Positions 13,182 to 26,474 of a DNA stretch of 64,000 nt are shown piece after piece (position 1 is the first letter of the stretch; each line of letters starts with the position of its first letter). This DNA is from Eledone cirrhosa (Eukaryota). The position numbers and the translations under genes are program-made. The notes under the pieces were generated by a model. That model had not been told where the DNA came from. It saw only the letters and a program-made list of their open reading frames with translations, and did no database searches. Location of the stretch: positions 303,924,001 to 303,988,000 of the forward strand of contig OZ024743.1 of NCBI GenBank assembly GCA_964016885.1, read 5' to 3'.

Positions 13182-16100
13182 ATAGCCAATATAAGAGTTG
13201 GATGTCTGAACGTACGCGGCCTGGGGTGGCTCTGAAAACAGGGTAAACTCTTAAACGACCTCAGGTCGCACAGTATGGATGTGGTAGCCATTTGCGAGTC
13301 CAGGATCGACGGCGAGCGACAGCTCGCCCCCGTCTTCGATGACTTTGAGATCTACGCATCTCTCTGTCAACCGGGGGGTGGGGGCGGAGTTGCCGTTTTG
13401 CTGCGGAAACATGGCCTCGTAACACAGACGGTACATCTGGACCCGGTGGGTCGACTGGTAGTCCTGGACGTTGACGGTAGTGAAGGTGGAGCCTTCAGGC
13501 TGGTGGCCGCATATCCCCCATCCGGGACACTGCGGCCAGACTTCTTCAAACGTCTAGAGACATTTTCTGGGAACGTCCCGCTCCTTGCTTTTGGTGGGGG
13601 ACTGGAATGGAATCCTAGATGCACGTTGGGACTATGTGGGAGCATGTCCCGATAAAGGTGGGTGTAATAGCCTCAAACAGTTAATTGACCGATTTGACCT
13701 GGCCGATAGATATCGACTAGATTTTCCGACTGCGCCACTGTGGACGTGGAGTAATCGTAGCGGAACATCTAGATCGTACCTAGATAGGGTTCTAGTTAGA
13801 AATAAGGATAAGGACATGTTAAGATGTCCACAAATGTTCATAGTTACCTATTCAGATCACAAACTAGTGACCTGCATGGCCAACCTTGATAGAACCCATA
13901 GACAAGGACCCGGCTACTGGAAGCTGAACTTGTCGTTACCGACAAGCAAAGCATACAGTAGACGGATTAGCACATTAGTTAAACAGCACTTGACAGGGCC
14001 CATTGTCAACAACAGATGGTGGTACTCTCTCAAGAGGGCAGTTAGATTAGACTCGATAGTTTTTTAGTAAAGAATTAGCGTTAGATAGAAATAGAACCGA
14101 GAAGGAACTGGTAGATAAAGTAGAAGAGGCAATTAGAAGTGGCAACGTAGCCAGCGTGTTAGCAACGAGAACGGCCTTGGACCAGTTCTTCAACGCAAAG
14201 CACGAGGAGTGCGTTGTCAGAAGAAAAATACGTGCTCTCTGAAACGAGGAAGCCAAAGCTGTTAGCTGAGCCCGAGTGACGGAGGCAAAGAGTGGCAACA
14301 AGTCCACGATTCGGTCTTTGAAGGACCAAAACGGACGCGTGATACTTGAGCCGAAGCAGATGTGTGCGGCTTTTCAGCGGCACTTCGCTCAGATGTTCGG
14401 GGGGGGGGGAGAGACTATGGATTTCGGTCCATACCTCGACGGCCTACCACGGCTCTCGGACAGCGAGGCAAAGTTCTGCGAAAAGCCAATTTCAGCCACT
14501 AAGATAGGGGACGCGCTGAGCCAATGCGCCAAACACAAATCTCCAGGTCACGACGCTCTACCCTACGAATTTTACGTAGCAATACCGGACTTATTCTCCG
14601 GTCTCCTGGAAGCGGTCTACTGCAACTGGCAACAGAACGGGAGAATTCCCAGTTCTGTAACCGGGGGCGTGGTCACACTAATCAGGAAGGACGAGAATAA
14701 GAGGGATGACATAGGCAACTTCCGGCCCATAACTCTGCTAAACACAGAGTTACAGATTTTGGCCAAGGTGTTGGCAAAGAGGCTGGCGCTTGTCGTCGAG
14801 AACCTGGTGGGAGAAGTGCAGAGATGCACAATCCCGACCAGGTCCATACACGACAACCTCCACCTCATGCGATACATCATAGAGCGGGTAGGGCGTAAAC
14901 CCGGCTTCGGTGGGGCCCTGATCAACTTGGATCAGTCTAAGGCTTTCGATAGGGTTGACCATCGTTACCTGGATGCGGTGCTCGAGGCGGCAGGATTCGG
15001 ACCCGTGTTAAGGTGCTGGATTGCTGCAATGCACAACAGCAACAACTGCTCAAGTGTCAAGGTGAACGGCTACCTGTCGGAGACGTTCCATATTACGCGA
15101 TCCATTCGACAGGGATGCCCTCTCTCCTCCCTTCTGTACGTACTGACTCTCGAGCCACTACTGCGGAAGCTGGAGCTATTTCAGGGCATCTCTCTGGAAC
15201 CGGGACTGTAATGGTGTCGAGCGCCTCGCAAATCGAGGAAGTCGGCACCTTACTGAAGGATTACGAAAGTCTCACAGGAGCGAAGCTGAACCGGGACAAG
15301 TCCTTCGGTTTGCAACTCGGATCGTGGAGTGGCAAACCGATGCCTTCAGATGGCGTCGTCGGACGCTTGACGAAAGGACCGGTAAAGCTGCTCGGGGTCT
15401 GGTTTGGTCCGGGCCTCCACGTGGAGAAGAACAGGAACGAAGTGACGGCCAAGGTGTTTGCACTCACCCAGAAGTGGGCCGAGTGCAAACTATCCTTGAA
15501 AGGTCGAGCGGAGGTGGCGAACACTTTTATAGCGTCCGCCATCTACTACCGCTTGACCGTCGTGCCTTTTCCAGCCAAAACGCTCGCCAAAATGGAGCGC
15601 GTGCTCTTCCGATTCCTTTGGAAGAGGCGAGCTCCTTTGGTGAGAAGATCCATCTGCTGCCAACACCCTTCTAACGGAGGGCTGGGGATGCCGTGGTTGA
15701 CGATGCGCAAACACGCGCTCAGGCTGCGGCATCTCTACGTATTCCTCACCGGACAACCGGTGTGGGCCCCGTTCGTGAGGCGAGCCTTCCCACGACTCGT
15801 CTCGCTGACCGAGCTGCAGTCCTGGGTCAAGCAAAGACCGAGGAAAATGGGCGACTGGCACATCGAATGTGCTCAGGCGTTCACAGCCCTCTGGCAGGCG
15901 GACTCGGCGATCAGTAGAGACTCCACTTCATCATTCTATAGAGGGTTGGTCCGCAGCAAGTGCGACGACGCGCTCGGTGAAGCTCTAGGCGTAGAGGAAG
16001 ATGAACTGGCCAGTCTGTTCGGTAGGACCTTCCGCCCGGGACCGATGGACAACTTCCAAAAGTCCTTGGCCTGGCAGTGCTACCGAGGAGCTCTACCAGT

Positions 16101-16572
16101 TCGAGACAAGCTCTACAGACATGGGTGCCCAGGCAGAGACCCTGCAAAAGAGATCTGTCCGAGGTGCGTGCGAGACGAAGAAACCGTCGCGCACGCATTC
16201 ATACACTGCCCGGGCGTCACTGACCTGTGGGGCTATGTAGAACGACTATTGTCGCGGGTGGGACCAATCCAGTTGACCACCGAGTCCATTGTCATGATCA
16301 AACCGCCACCCTCCTTCAAAAACGAAGGAGAGGCGGTTTTCCTTTGTGTGATAGCTATGGCGAAAGAGGTTGTATGGTGGACAAGGTTGAAAGGGCTGAG
16401 GTCAGTCACCTTTCTCTCCGGTCAACAACTGATTATTTTTTTCAAATACCACTTTGGAAGAAGAATCAGGATGGAGAGAGAGGTGCTGTACCCCAGCAAG
16501 TTTTATGAAAGGTGGGTGAAAGTGGCGAGAATGGCCCAAGTGAATGGGCCTTCTCTCTATATCAGCCAGTAG
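13182..16572 (+). pseudogene. Tx1-like ORF2 (AP endonuclease, reverse transcriptase, zinc finger), disrupted; YADD motif deleted
   Basis: ORF pieces 13275-13655, 13585-14067, 14276-15211 and 15013-16572. The SAYADDVTV segment seen in the 62629 copy is missing at about 15208. Confidence 0.9.
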
Positions 16573-16809
16573 GTTGAGGAAAAGGAGGAGGAGAGGAAAG
16601 GAGTACACACTCTTCGTATTCCTGGAAATGAGGATTGCACATTTTTTTTTCGGGGGTATGTGTTACCCATATAAACTGTCTCCCTCTATTGGGGAAATCG
16701 ACTAACTTTTAAAATTACTTTGTGATAACATTTTACACGTTTTTATTGTATGTAAACTTCCCCCTTTTATTTGTCCCCTTCTTTTGTGCCCCTGTGGCTA
16801 ATAAAGAAA

Positions 16810-16848
16810 TCTATCTATCTATCTATCTATATCTATATATACATGTAT

Positions 16849-16937
<89 letters not shown>

Positions 16938-17075
16938 AATGGTTGCAGAGAACGTGAGAGAGAATATTTATAGATAAATATATAGATAAATATATAGATA
17001 AATATATAGATAAATATATAGATATATATTTATAGATAAATATATAGATATATATTTATAGATAAATATATAGAT
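16810..17075. repeat. (TATC)n, (GA)n and a 14-bp (atatagataaatat-type) minisatellite
   Basis: Directly visible. Confidence 0.9.
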
Positions 17076-17389
17076 TTTGGAGATGAACAAAATAGCATTA
17101 CTCAGCATCGAACAAATATAATATCAATACAGCCACACACAACAATTACAACGCCATTTCGGTAAACAACAAAATATAGAAATAAGTATCCTTTGGTAAT
17201 TCACACTATAGTGTGAAATCAAATTATAGTGAAGTTAGCAAATTACAGTGCATCGATGACTTGAGCTATAGTCTGCACTTCATTGACCACAGAGTTTAGT
17301 TAGATGTATTTAATGGTTTAAAGTGTAAATACGTGAACCGAAACTACAACATTATAGATATTTCTCTAGGAAAAAATGGTAATAATGCA

Positions 17390-17596
<207 letters not shown>

Positions 17597-18094
17597 GGGT
17601 CTGTTAGTGTGTGTACAGACATGAAACACCTGTATGTTGTTAGCACAACACTAATTTAATATAAAAAAAGGAAATCACCAGCACTCACACACCGTCACAC
17701 ACATGCACACACAGACACAACACACAACACATGAGATTGAGTTGCAGCGAAATAATTGTATTGTATTTTCACTGTATATAAAAAAAAAAACACAATTGAA
17801 TCAGAGTTTCTAATGCAAATATGAAAAATATGACAAACATTTAGTAAACAATTCAACATAAAAACGTTGTTATAGACAGTCAGAAATAGTCTTCCCCCAA
17901 CTCCACAATCTGCAACATACAAATATTGAGATTAAGTAAGTTTTATGTATATAAGTGAACTATAACAATGACGCAAAGAAACTTTATTACAAACAAAACT
18001 ATTTTTTAACAAGATACACGTTAGGATCACAGTGAAATGAAAATGACAAATGTAGAAAAAAGTATTCTTGAATCATAATGACATGAAAGATGTG

Positions 18095-18170
<76 letters not shown>

Positions 18171-18233
18171 ATATATATATATATAAAGTCCCACACGTTG
18201 TCTCTCTGTCGTTTTAGCTTCCTTTCTCACAGC

Positions 18234-18306
<73 letters not shown>

Positions 18307-18308
18307 TA
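18095..18308. repeat. (TA)n/(TG)n microsatellite cluster
   Basis: Directly visible. Confidence 0.9.
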
Positions 18309-20177
18309 TTTATATCGTCACATTGTATTTGTTTTGCAGATAAAATGTGTGTATATGTGTGTATATGCAAATCCAATCTATAAAATAGTACGACTTTCAT
18401 GTTTGTTATTTCTATTTCAAAAGGAATATTGAAGAGTCACAGGTGAAATACCTGTTTTCCTCATAGATACACCCGACATGAACTGAAGTGACTTAAGCAA
18501 CAATAATGGCCAGTTTCTCTCAGGAGGGCAAGGCAGCAGAATGTCTTCAGAAAGAAAACCCTTCAAACCCTTCAAGTAAGTGTTCCTGCCCTTACACACT
18601 ATGCTAAATTACGATAAATCTAACAATAAACTAACATCACCAGGTAATGCACAACTACAAAGAATTGAATTTTAATGTTTCGACACAATATATTATATTC
18701 CCATATCTAACCAATGTATCATGGCTACATCAATCCCTCAATATAACTCGATTAAAATAAAGCATATAAAATCAAGAATCTGAGGAATAGTATTTTTTCG
18801 CAGTTAAATTAAATTTACAAAAGAATTTCAATGGAATAAACTTTATGTATAAAACAAGAATTTAACAACAACCCTCATTGACTTTGAATACATAATTTTA
18901 ATGAAATATTTATGGACATCCAAACCTCACACCAAGAAAAGCAATATGAATGAGAAAATCCTCACTACACATTGTAAATTCTTACGCCCACAAACAAGCA
19001 AAGAAAGCTGGAAAAATACAATCAGACAAGGCATTGGCGTAAGCAAATGCAGCATAAAAAAAAAACGAAATAATGATATAATTAACAAAATCAACTCCAT
19101 GCATGCAGACAACTTTGAATCCAACATAATCCATGTCTTGAACAAAATATATTGTATAAAATATTTTGTCGCATCAACAGCGGTAATGGAATGTCTATTA
19201 TCACAAAAAAAAATTGTATCATTAAACAAGTGAACGACCATGTTACAATTTCTTAAATTCACAAAAATGTAGAAAATATTAAATCGAAAAAACACACCTT
19301 CTGCCTGGAACATAACTTTCACCAACTCCATCCATTGCAGAAGTGGTGATATCCCAAATCCGTAAATAATCTGTACCAGTACCAATAAAATCTGAAACAT
19401 CTAACTCCCCACATTTCTATATAAATACTTGTATTTATTAGCTGTATAAAATGTTATTCATATCAGTGCTCAGCAAAACGTACATCACTTTACATTGCAT
19501 GAAATATTAAGAAAGATGTATTCTATCATCATATTCCACATTTCATAATATATATATTACATAGGAACTTCAGTCATAAGTTCTCTGGTAGCGCACTACT
19601 ACCAACATTGAACAAACATTTTGCAACACCCTGAATAACTAATCGGCTTTCCGTTCACAAAAAACGACAAAAGCAACTTTGAAAGAACGTAGTCTTTCGT
19701 TGACTATTATTACAGGGATCCATCCTCTATGTTGAAACATTAAAGTACTTAATATAAGACAACTCGTCCTTCATGTTGAATGTTCTACAGACTTGGCTAT
19801 TTATTACGAAATTCAACTAGACTAGGCAGCTCTAATCTATTACGTGTATTATCGGATTCTTCGTGTTACTACCATATGTACGTTTGGCAGCGCACAGTGC
19901 CTTGTGCGTGTTCTACATGTCCAGCCTGCTTAAACAAGAACATTACCTGACGGCTAAGGGTGGAATGTTCGTCGCTGATATTGGTGTACCTTTTTTCTAT
20001 TGCAGTTATCTCTATCGACGCTGCAAAGACGGCGGCTGTTGTAGGGTTTACATTCTTGGCATAGATAAACCAGTCTAAGTAAAACCTTATCAGAAAATGA
20101 AAAGAACCGCATGCAATACATACCACCAACAACGAAAATAGATATATATATAGCTTTACCAATGTCCTACATTTCCA

Positions 20178-20435
20178 CACAGGAAAATATTTATTTTTAA
20201 TCTAGGTGTTTTATGATCAGATTGATGACAGAGTCAGGTCGATTGAAAACCTTGAGTTGAACATCTGCGAAACACGTTTTGTCGGATGAGAATACGTCAA
20301 ATTGAAATGTGGTTCTCTCTTGATTAATGCAAACGCTCTGGCGAATGCATTAACACACATATGCCGAGCGTTGATCAAACCTTCAACTGGAATTATTTGC
20401 GTATTTATATTAACTGCTGATAAGTGTGACTGCTT

Positions 20436-20484
<49 letters not shown>

Positions 20485-20745
20485 TGTATTTTTGTTAAAT
20501 GATATAGGAAGCAGTCACACTTATTAGCAGTTAATACTAATACACAAATAATTCCAGTTGAAGATGTGATCAACGCACGGTATATGCATTCACCAGAGAG
20601 TTTGCATTAATCAAAAGAGAACGACATTTCAGTTTGGCGTATTCTCATCCGACAAAATGTGTTTCGCAGATAATCAACTCAAAGTTTTCAATGGACCTGA
20701 CTCTGTCATCAAATACCAAGATTTAAAAATGTATATTCTCCTGTC
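20178..20745. repeat. Long inverted repeat with about 250-bp diverged arms (20178-20440 and 20502-20745) around a (TA)n spacer
   Basis: tgatgacagagtcaggtc...gtgtgactgcttcctata is mirrored by tataggaagcagtcacac...gacctgactctgtcatca. Confidence 0.9.
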
Positions 20746-23664
20746 TGCAACGATTTATAATATACAAGTTTATTTAACTGGGTATGGAAACGTTCTCATA
20801 TTTTCAATCAAATTATGATTTACAACTGAAATTCTATTCTTAACCTGAACAAAATCAAACCACTAGGGATATTCATATACTCTCTGACCAAAACATGCAG
20901 TAGAACCAAACTAATATTTATCTGGCTCTTATCATAACAAGAAAAAAAAAAGAAATATACAAAACCATCTCATCTCTCATCATATATTTAGACCAAAATG
21001 TTATGCAAATATATTCACAACGCCAATATTGACGTGAAAACGATACACAAATCGCATTGCTGACTGCAATATCATTTAGCCATGAACATTAGCCAAACAT
21101 GTACTCGCAATGTGATAGGTCAATCTGGTACAAATCAATTTGTGCATAGAACGAAATACTTCAACATACAAAGAAAAATGTATACTTCTAAATAAAAACG
21201 AAAAGCGAGTATTAGACTGCATCACAGTATACACACAAAACAACCACGTTAATAATGAACAATCTCCTAGTTCAATGTATGCTACAATGTTTTATGCAGC
21301 TATCTCCAAACATATCCGTTTTCTGCAACTACATAAAACCACTTCTATAAATACATATATGCAACATACGTATATGCAACAACCAAGGAATCCAACATGA
21401 CATCACACTAAAACGGCACCACTCGAAATATGAATACAACTACAACAACAATAGCTTTATTGTCACCAAATACTGTGCTAGATTGCTCAACATCGAAAAC
21501 GAGAGCAAAGAATGCGGCACCGATATTGTTTTGTCCTAAAATACAGTCTTCTTCACTTTTGCCACAACCAGAATATTTTGTTGTACAGAAATATTTTGGA
21601 ATGTCAATAACAGGCAACATGTTTTCTTTATCTCATCACACTTCGTATATCTATTGCATCATTTCGTGGAGTGTTACGTAGTCCTTTGTCATAGGACGTT
21701 GTAGAAAGCCTGGAAAATCAGAACTGCATACTGCATCCTGATTTTCGGCGGAATAAGTGTGTTTGTAGATGTGCTTGAAAACCGGGCCTTTTGCTACATA
21801 TTAAAACAATACGACTATGTATATCTTATCAGCATTGATATTCTTGAAACAACCCCTGATGAATTTTACTTTGTGAGAATAGTAAGAAGACGTGTCGTTC
21901 ATCTTCTTTTTTTCATTTATGTGTATACAAGCGATTTCATTGTCTCACATGTTGATATTTAATTTTGTTTTAAGAGAGAATATTATGTATTTGGTGAGGT
22001 TTATGACCAAAGCAGACTACAGCACGTGTGTTTGTTGCGTGTTTTAGAAATGTGTGCTGTGATTTTAACTAAAACACATTGACTGGACCACGCACAAAGA
22101 TTGTTTCAAGGATAGTAACCTATCTCCTCAGTTACACCGTGTAATTTATAAAGTTGCAATTTAAACTAGATGCCGAAAATGAATATAAAGACCTTGGGAA
22201 TTTTGAAATCAGAACGTATAACGGAATAAAGAAAAATCGTTTAAAATCTTGGCTCATATTCTACTTATACTGCCAACAAATGCACCGTTTATTTAATGTA
22301 TGATTAACATTAAATTTCGTATATTTCAAACAAGATAGGTTACTACGACATTTCGTTGCTGAGATGAAAGTTTAGATATTTATATATTTACAACACGCTG
22401 CAACATAACGCAGAAATAGAAACATACTTACACACGTAAGTGTTCTTATATGCTGTCATATGTGTGTTTGAATGCGCTGGCGTGAGCGCGAGTGTGTGAG
22501 TGTGTTGGTGCGAGTGCGCGTATGTTTGTGTATGCGTTTGCCTTGTGGCTGTGCACATATGAAGCACAGTTTATGAGATTGTTTATTCCAACTGAATATG
22601 AAAAACAGGAAATTTATGATAGCGGGGAAGAATGCAAAAAAAATATCTGATAAAATATATAGGTTTGAATAACTTTTACCGTCATTTCTTACATATTCTC
22701 AACTTCTCACAAGCTTTCTAGTCAAAACCAACGTCAGAAATTATCATAAGCTCTAGTATATATTTACTGATCGAGAAAGTTGACATAAATTTAAATGTTT
22801 ACACAAATATGTTATCTATCTTATTTAGATCTGTCATTGGTAAATAAATCGGATTCCACACTTCAAATATTATCACAATTTATTCTAATTTAAACTTAGT
22901 TAAACGTTTAAGATTATGAGGTACTGCATTATCTATTTTCCCTGTCCTTATTTAAGGTAGTGAGATTATATTTGAAAAAATGTTTGACTACTAAATGTAG
23001 CAAGTCGATCAAGAAAATACGTGTTCCATCAAAATGAAGAGAAATATGAAGTTAGTTAGGAATATATAATATATATTTAATATATAATATATTGTTCATT
23101 AAGCCCGGCTACTTTTCATAGCAATATAATTAAAATAAATAATTAACTAAATAATTAAAATGATATATTTCTTATTTTAACAACCCTTCGAAATATTCCT
23201 ACTAAACATGTTGACGAATCAAACAGGTTAAATAAAGACAGAAATGAAATAAATAATACATTTTCTAAGTACATGGTATATTTCCTTGCTGAAATCGATT
23301 TAGGAATTGAATGTGAAGAATCTTAAAAGGGTGCATGTGTTATAATTAATATAGACAATGCTATGTTAAACGTTACACATTGATGAATCGTTGTAATTCG
23401 ATAGGAGACAGCATTATATGAAAACTTATACGATAATTTATAACGATTTTCATTCGCACTACATTAATGATTCCGTGTGTAAATTATGCAAAACAGAACA
23501 ATTAATTTTCCAACTACTTGCATAATCTTTTAAAGGAAAGTATTAGCCCAATTCAGAGACAGTGAATTTGCAGAGGTGTTACAAAAGTCGGATAGAATGC
23601 TTTGCAGTATTCCTTTTCGATCTATGCTCTTTGAGTACAAATCACTTTCATCCATTCACTTTTA

Positions 23665-23715
23665 TCCATTCAAGGTCGATAAAAGAAAGTACCAGTCTGG
23701 TACTGGGACCGACTG
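23665..23715 (+). mobile_element. SINE core fragment
   Basis: ggtcgataaaagaaagtaccagt matches the SINE core. Confidence 0.45.
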
Positions 23716-23928
23716 GTCATCAATATGTATTTCCAGATTTTCATTCTGTCACTCTTCATTATTATCTGGAAGACGTCGGCTGTATTCACACTTGGTGTGA
23801 AGATGGGGTCCGCCAGGTTTAAAATGCCCGAAAAACATCGTATTTTAATACTGCGATCCCACGACTCCCTCAGGATATACGTGCCCATTCAATACATTAA
23901 CACATTTCGGTGTATGCCCAAATTCTCC

Positions 23929-24015
<87 letters not shown>

Positions 24016-25223
24016 ATCTCATATGCACTCAATTGTATTGAGTTTCGTGAGCAATTCTTCACATACCTCCACACTTACAATCACGTAAAATTGACCTCAG
24101 TTTGCACTAAGCTCCTTTTTCAAATATATGTTTATGCTTGACCGTTTTCATTCAAAAGCTTTACTTTCTTTTAACTAATATTACGAGTTCCTCTAAAGTT
24201 AATAGAAAACGCATTTAATAGTCTACGAAAGACGAAGTGTTGAGTTCATTTCCCATCATATAATTTTAAAGCAACAGCTTCATTACATCTTGAAACAATT
24301 TTCTCATTAATATGAAATTATAATCACAACTTTCCATTACCATTTTAAATTTATTTATTTCTTGATCTAAAAAGATCTGCTTGAAATATACCCGTTGACA
24401 TTTACGACATACATATGAGTTTAAATATTTAACCATAATTTCTTGCGTCACTTGCCATGTCTGCAAGGTATATCATTTCGAGTTAATGACTGTATTAATA
24501 ATTAATCTGTAAACTATTAAATAACAATATCGGTTATTTACATTTAGTATTGCCATTCATACATACTCATTATTTGGTATTTACAAATGCGGTTAATTTT
24601 GAATATTGGTTGAGGTGATATATTCATATGTATTTTATTAATAGTATAATATCCAATGTGTATATTTTGAAATGTTATCAGATACATTTAATGGGAATAT
24701 CTATTGCCTGGAACGATCACATAAATGGTCATTCGTGATGTCATATGTGTAAAGATTCAATTGGGTATTAAGTTAAATGCAGTAGAAGCAAAAGCAATTC
24801 CTGGTCACCAGAACTGGAACATTTCAGACCCCATCCGTCAGCATAAATATCCGATATGTTGTAAAATAGATTCATAGATAACCATTGAACTAAATGTGTA
24901 GTATTACGCATAATGTGCACAATAGGACAATGTAGAAACATGACCACAGTATACATAGAAACAAAATCGTATTATAGTGGAAATGATATAGGAACACTGG
25001 TGAAAACTCAAAATCATGTAGACGATGTCTTTGCCCTCCCGAGAGGCAATGTTAGAATATGATGGCTTACTAGAATTCATTGAATTAACATCATATCTAC
25101 ACAATTAACATATGAAATATTCAGACTGATTGAAGAATCCAAGCCTTTAGTAGAAAGTAAAACATCTCACAATAGAAATCAACTCTACAATTTGTTTAAC
25201 TGGGGGCAATATAATTATACATA

Positions 25224-26050
25224 CTAGCTGGACCCATGACAAAATTCACGGATGATTTTTTTAAATTTAAATATTGTCCAATGAATATTTATCAGTTAAT
25301 CAAAGTTGTTTGATTTGCAGTATATTGGTGAATAAATAATTATATTTTTCTTTATTTTATGTATAATAATGTAAGTTTATTTAAAATTAATTTCATAAAA
25401 GTACACATACAAAACATCCTTTAAAGCACTTCCCCATATACAATGTTTCTAGTAAAGGTGATTCCCCTTCTGCGGCCATGGGTGGATTCATTTTGAAGTA
25501 TCAATTTAACTCTCACACTGTCCATCGCCTTTGCTGAAAGGCTGCTCTTCAATTATAGCATTTCGTCGCTGTTGAACTCTGTTTCTCATATTCTCTAGAT
25601 AAAATTCTCTCTCCTCCGGATTCATGTCATTTCTTCTGTCGTCATATTTGTTTCTCATATTCTGTAGATAAGCCTCTCTCTCTTCTGGATTCATGTTATT
25701 TCTTCTATCATGATCTACGTTTCTTCTATTCTGTAGATAAGCCTCTATCTCCTCTTTATTCATTGTATTTCTTCTGTCATGATCCTCCCTTCTATTCTGT
25801 AGATAACTTCTCTTACCCTGGATTCATGTTATTCCTTCTATTATGATCTCCGCTTCTTCTATTCCCTAGATATACTTCTCTCTCCTCTTGGCTCATAGGA
25901 TTCCTCCTTTCTTGCATTTGTTCTCGATTACGGTCATGGTTTGCTTGCCTCTCTTCTACTTGTAACCATTGTCGTCGTCTTATTTGTCGTTCTCTCGCTG
26001 CTTCTCTTTGTTGACTTATTCTATCTTCCATTTTTGAGAATGGTTGTTTC
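25224..26050 (-). mobile_element. Internally deleted Helitron-like element with 23-aa (69-bp) tandem-repeat N-terminal coding region
   Basis: The minus strand ends ccgtgaattttgtcatgggtccagCTAG-t (hairpin plus CTAG). ORFs 25813-26031 and 25506-25763 carry MNPEEREAYLQNMRNKYDDRRND-type 23-mers. No Rep or helicase is present. Confidence 0.6.
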
Positions 26051-26474
26051 AGTAGTTATGAAGAACACCTAGCTGGTATAAGAAAGTGGTTAGAGATGAT
26101 GTTTGTCATAAATAAAAACTTGTTACAAAAACAACAAACAAACAAACTTACTGAGAGTAAAGCATTACCTATTAGGCGGAGGTAAAAATAGAGTGTATTA
26201 TCAATTTTCAACTTACCTCACGACAGTAATATAATATATATAATTTCTTCTGTTGGGAGTTCTTGGACGGTGAATAATAAGACAATGAAAGAAAATATTC
26301 GGCGCAAGGCATTACATCAAATTATTGTATGTATGATACGGATATTTCTCAACCGCATATAAATGACTATGTAATTACTGAAAGCTTGACACACACGTCG
26401 GACGTACGGTACGTAGGTATAAGCGTATTAATAAATATATTATTTTTCTTCTTATTATAATTATTGTTATTATT

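Larger units (their letters stand above)
11022..16809 (+). mobile_element. Tx1-like (L1 clade) LINE, near full-length, inactive (copy A)
   Basis: ORF1 has an Asn-rich N-terminus and the CCHC knuckle CYHCFSRGHLRASC. ORF2 has APE motifs (NVRGL, GDWN, SYLDRV, SDHK), RT motifs (FRPITLLN, DQSKAFDRVDH, RQGCPLS) and C-terminal CPRC..ETVAHAFIHC. AATAAA is at 16800. There are multiple stops and frameshifts. Confidence 0.93.

Noticed and set aside
18927-19400. 157-aa hydrophobic minus-strand ORF
   Set aside because: It looks like an AT-rich chance ORF with no recognisable family; a different frame gives the more plausible exon.
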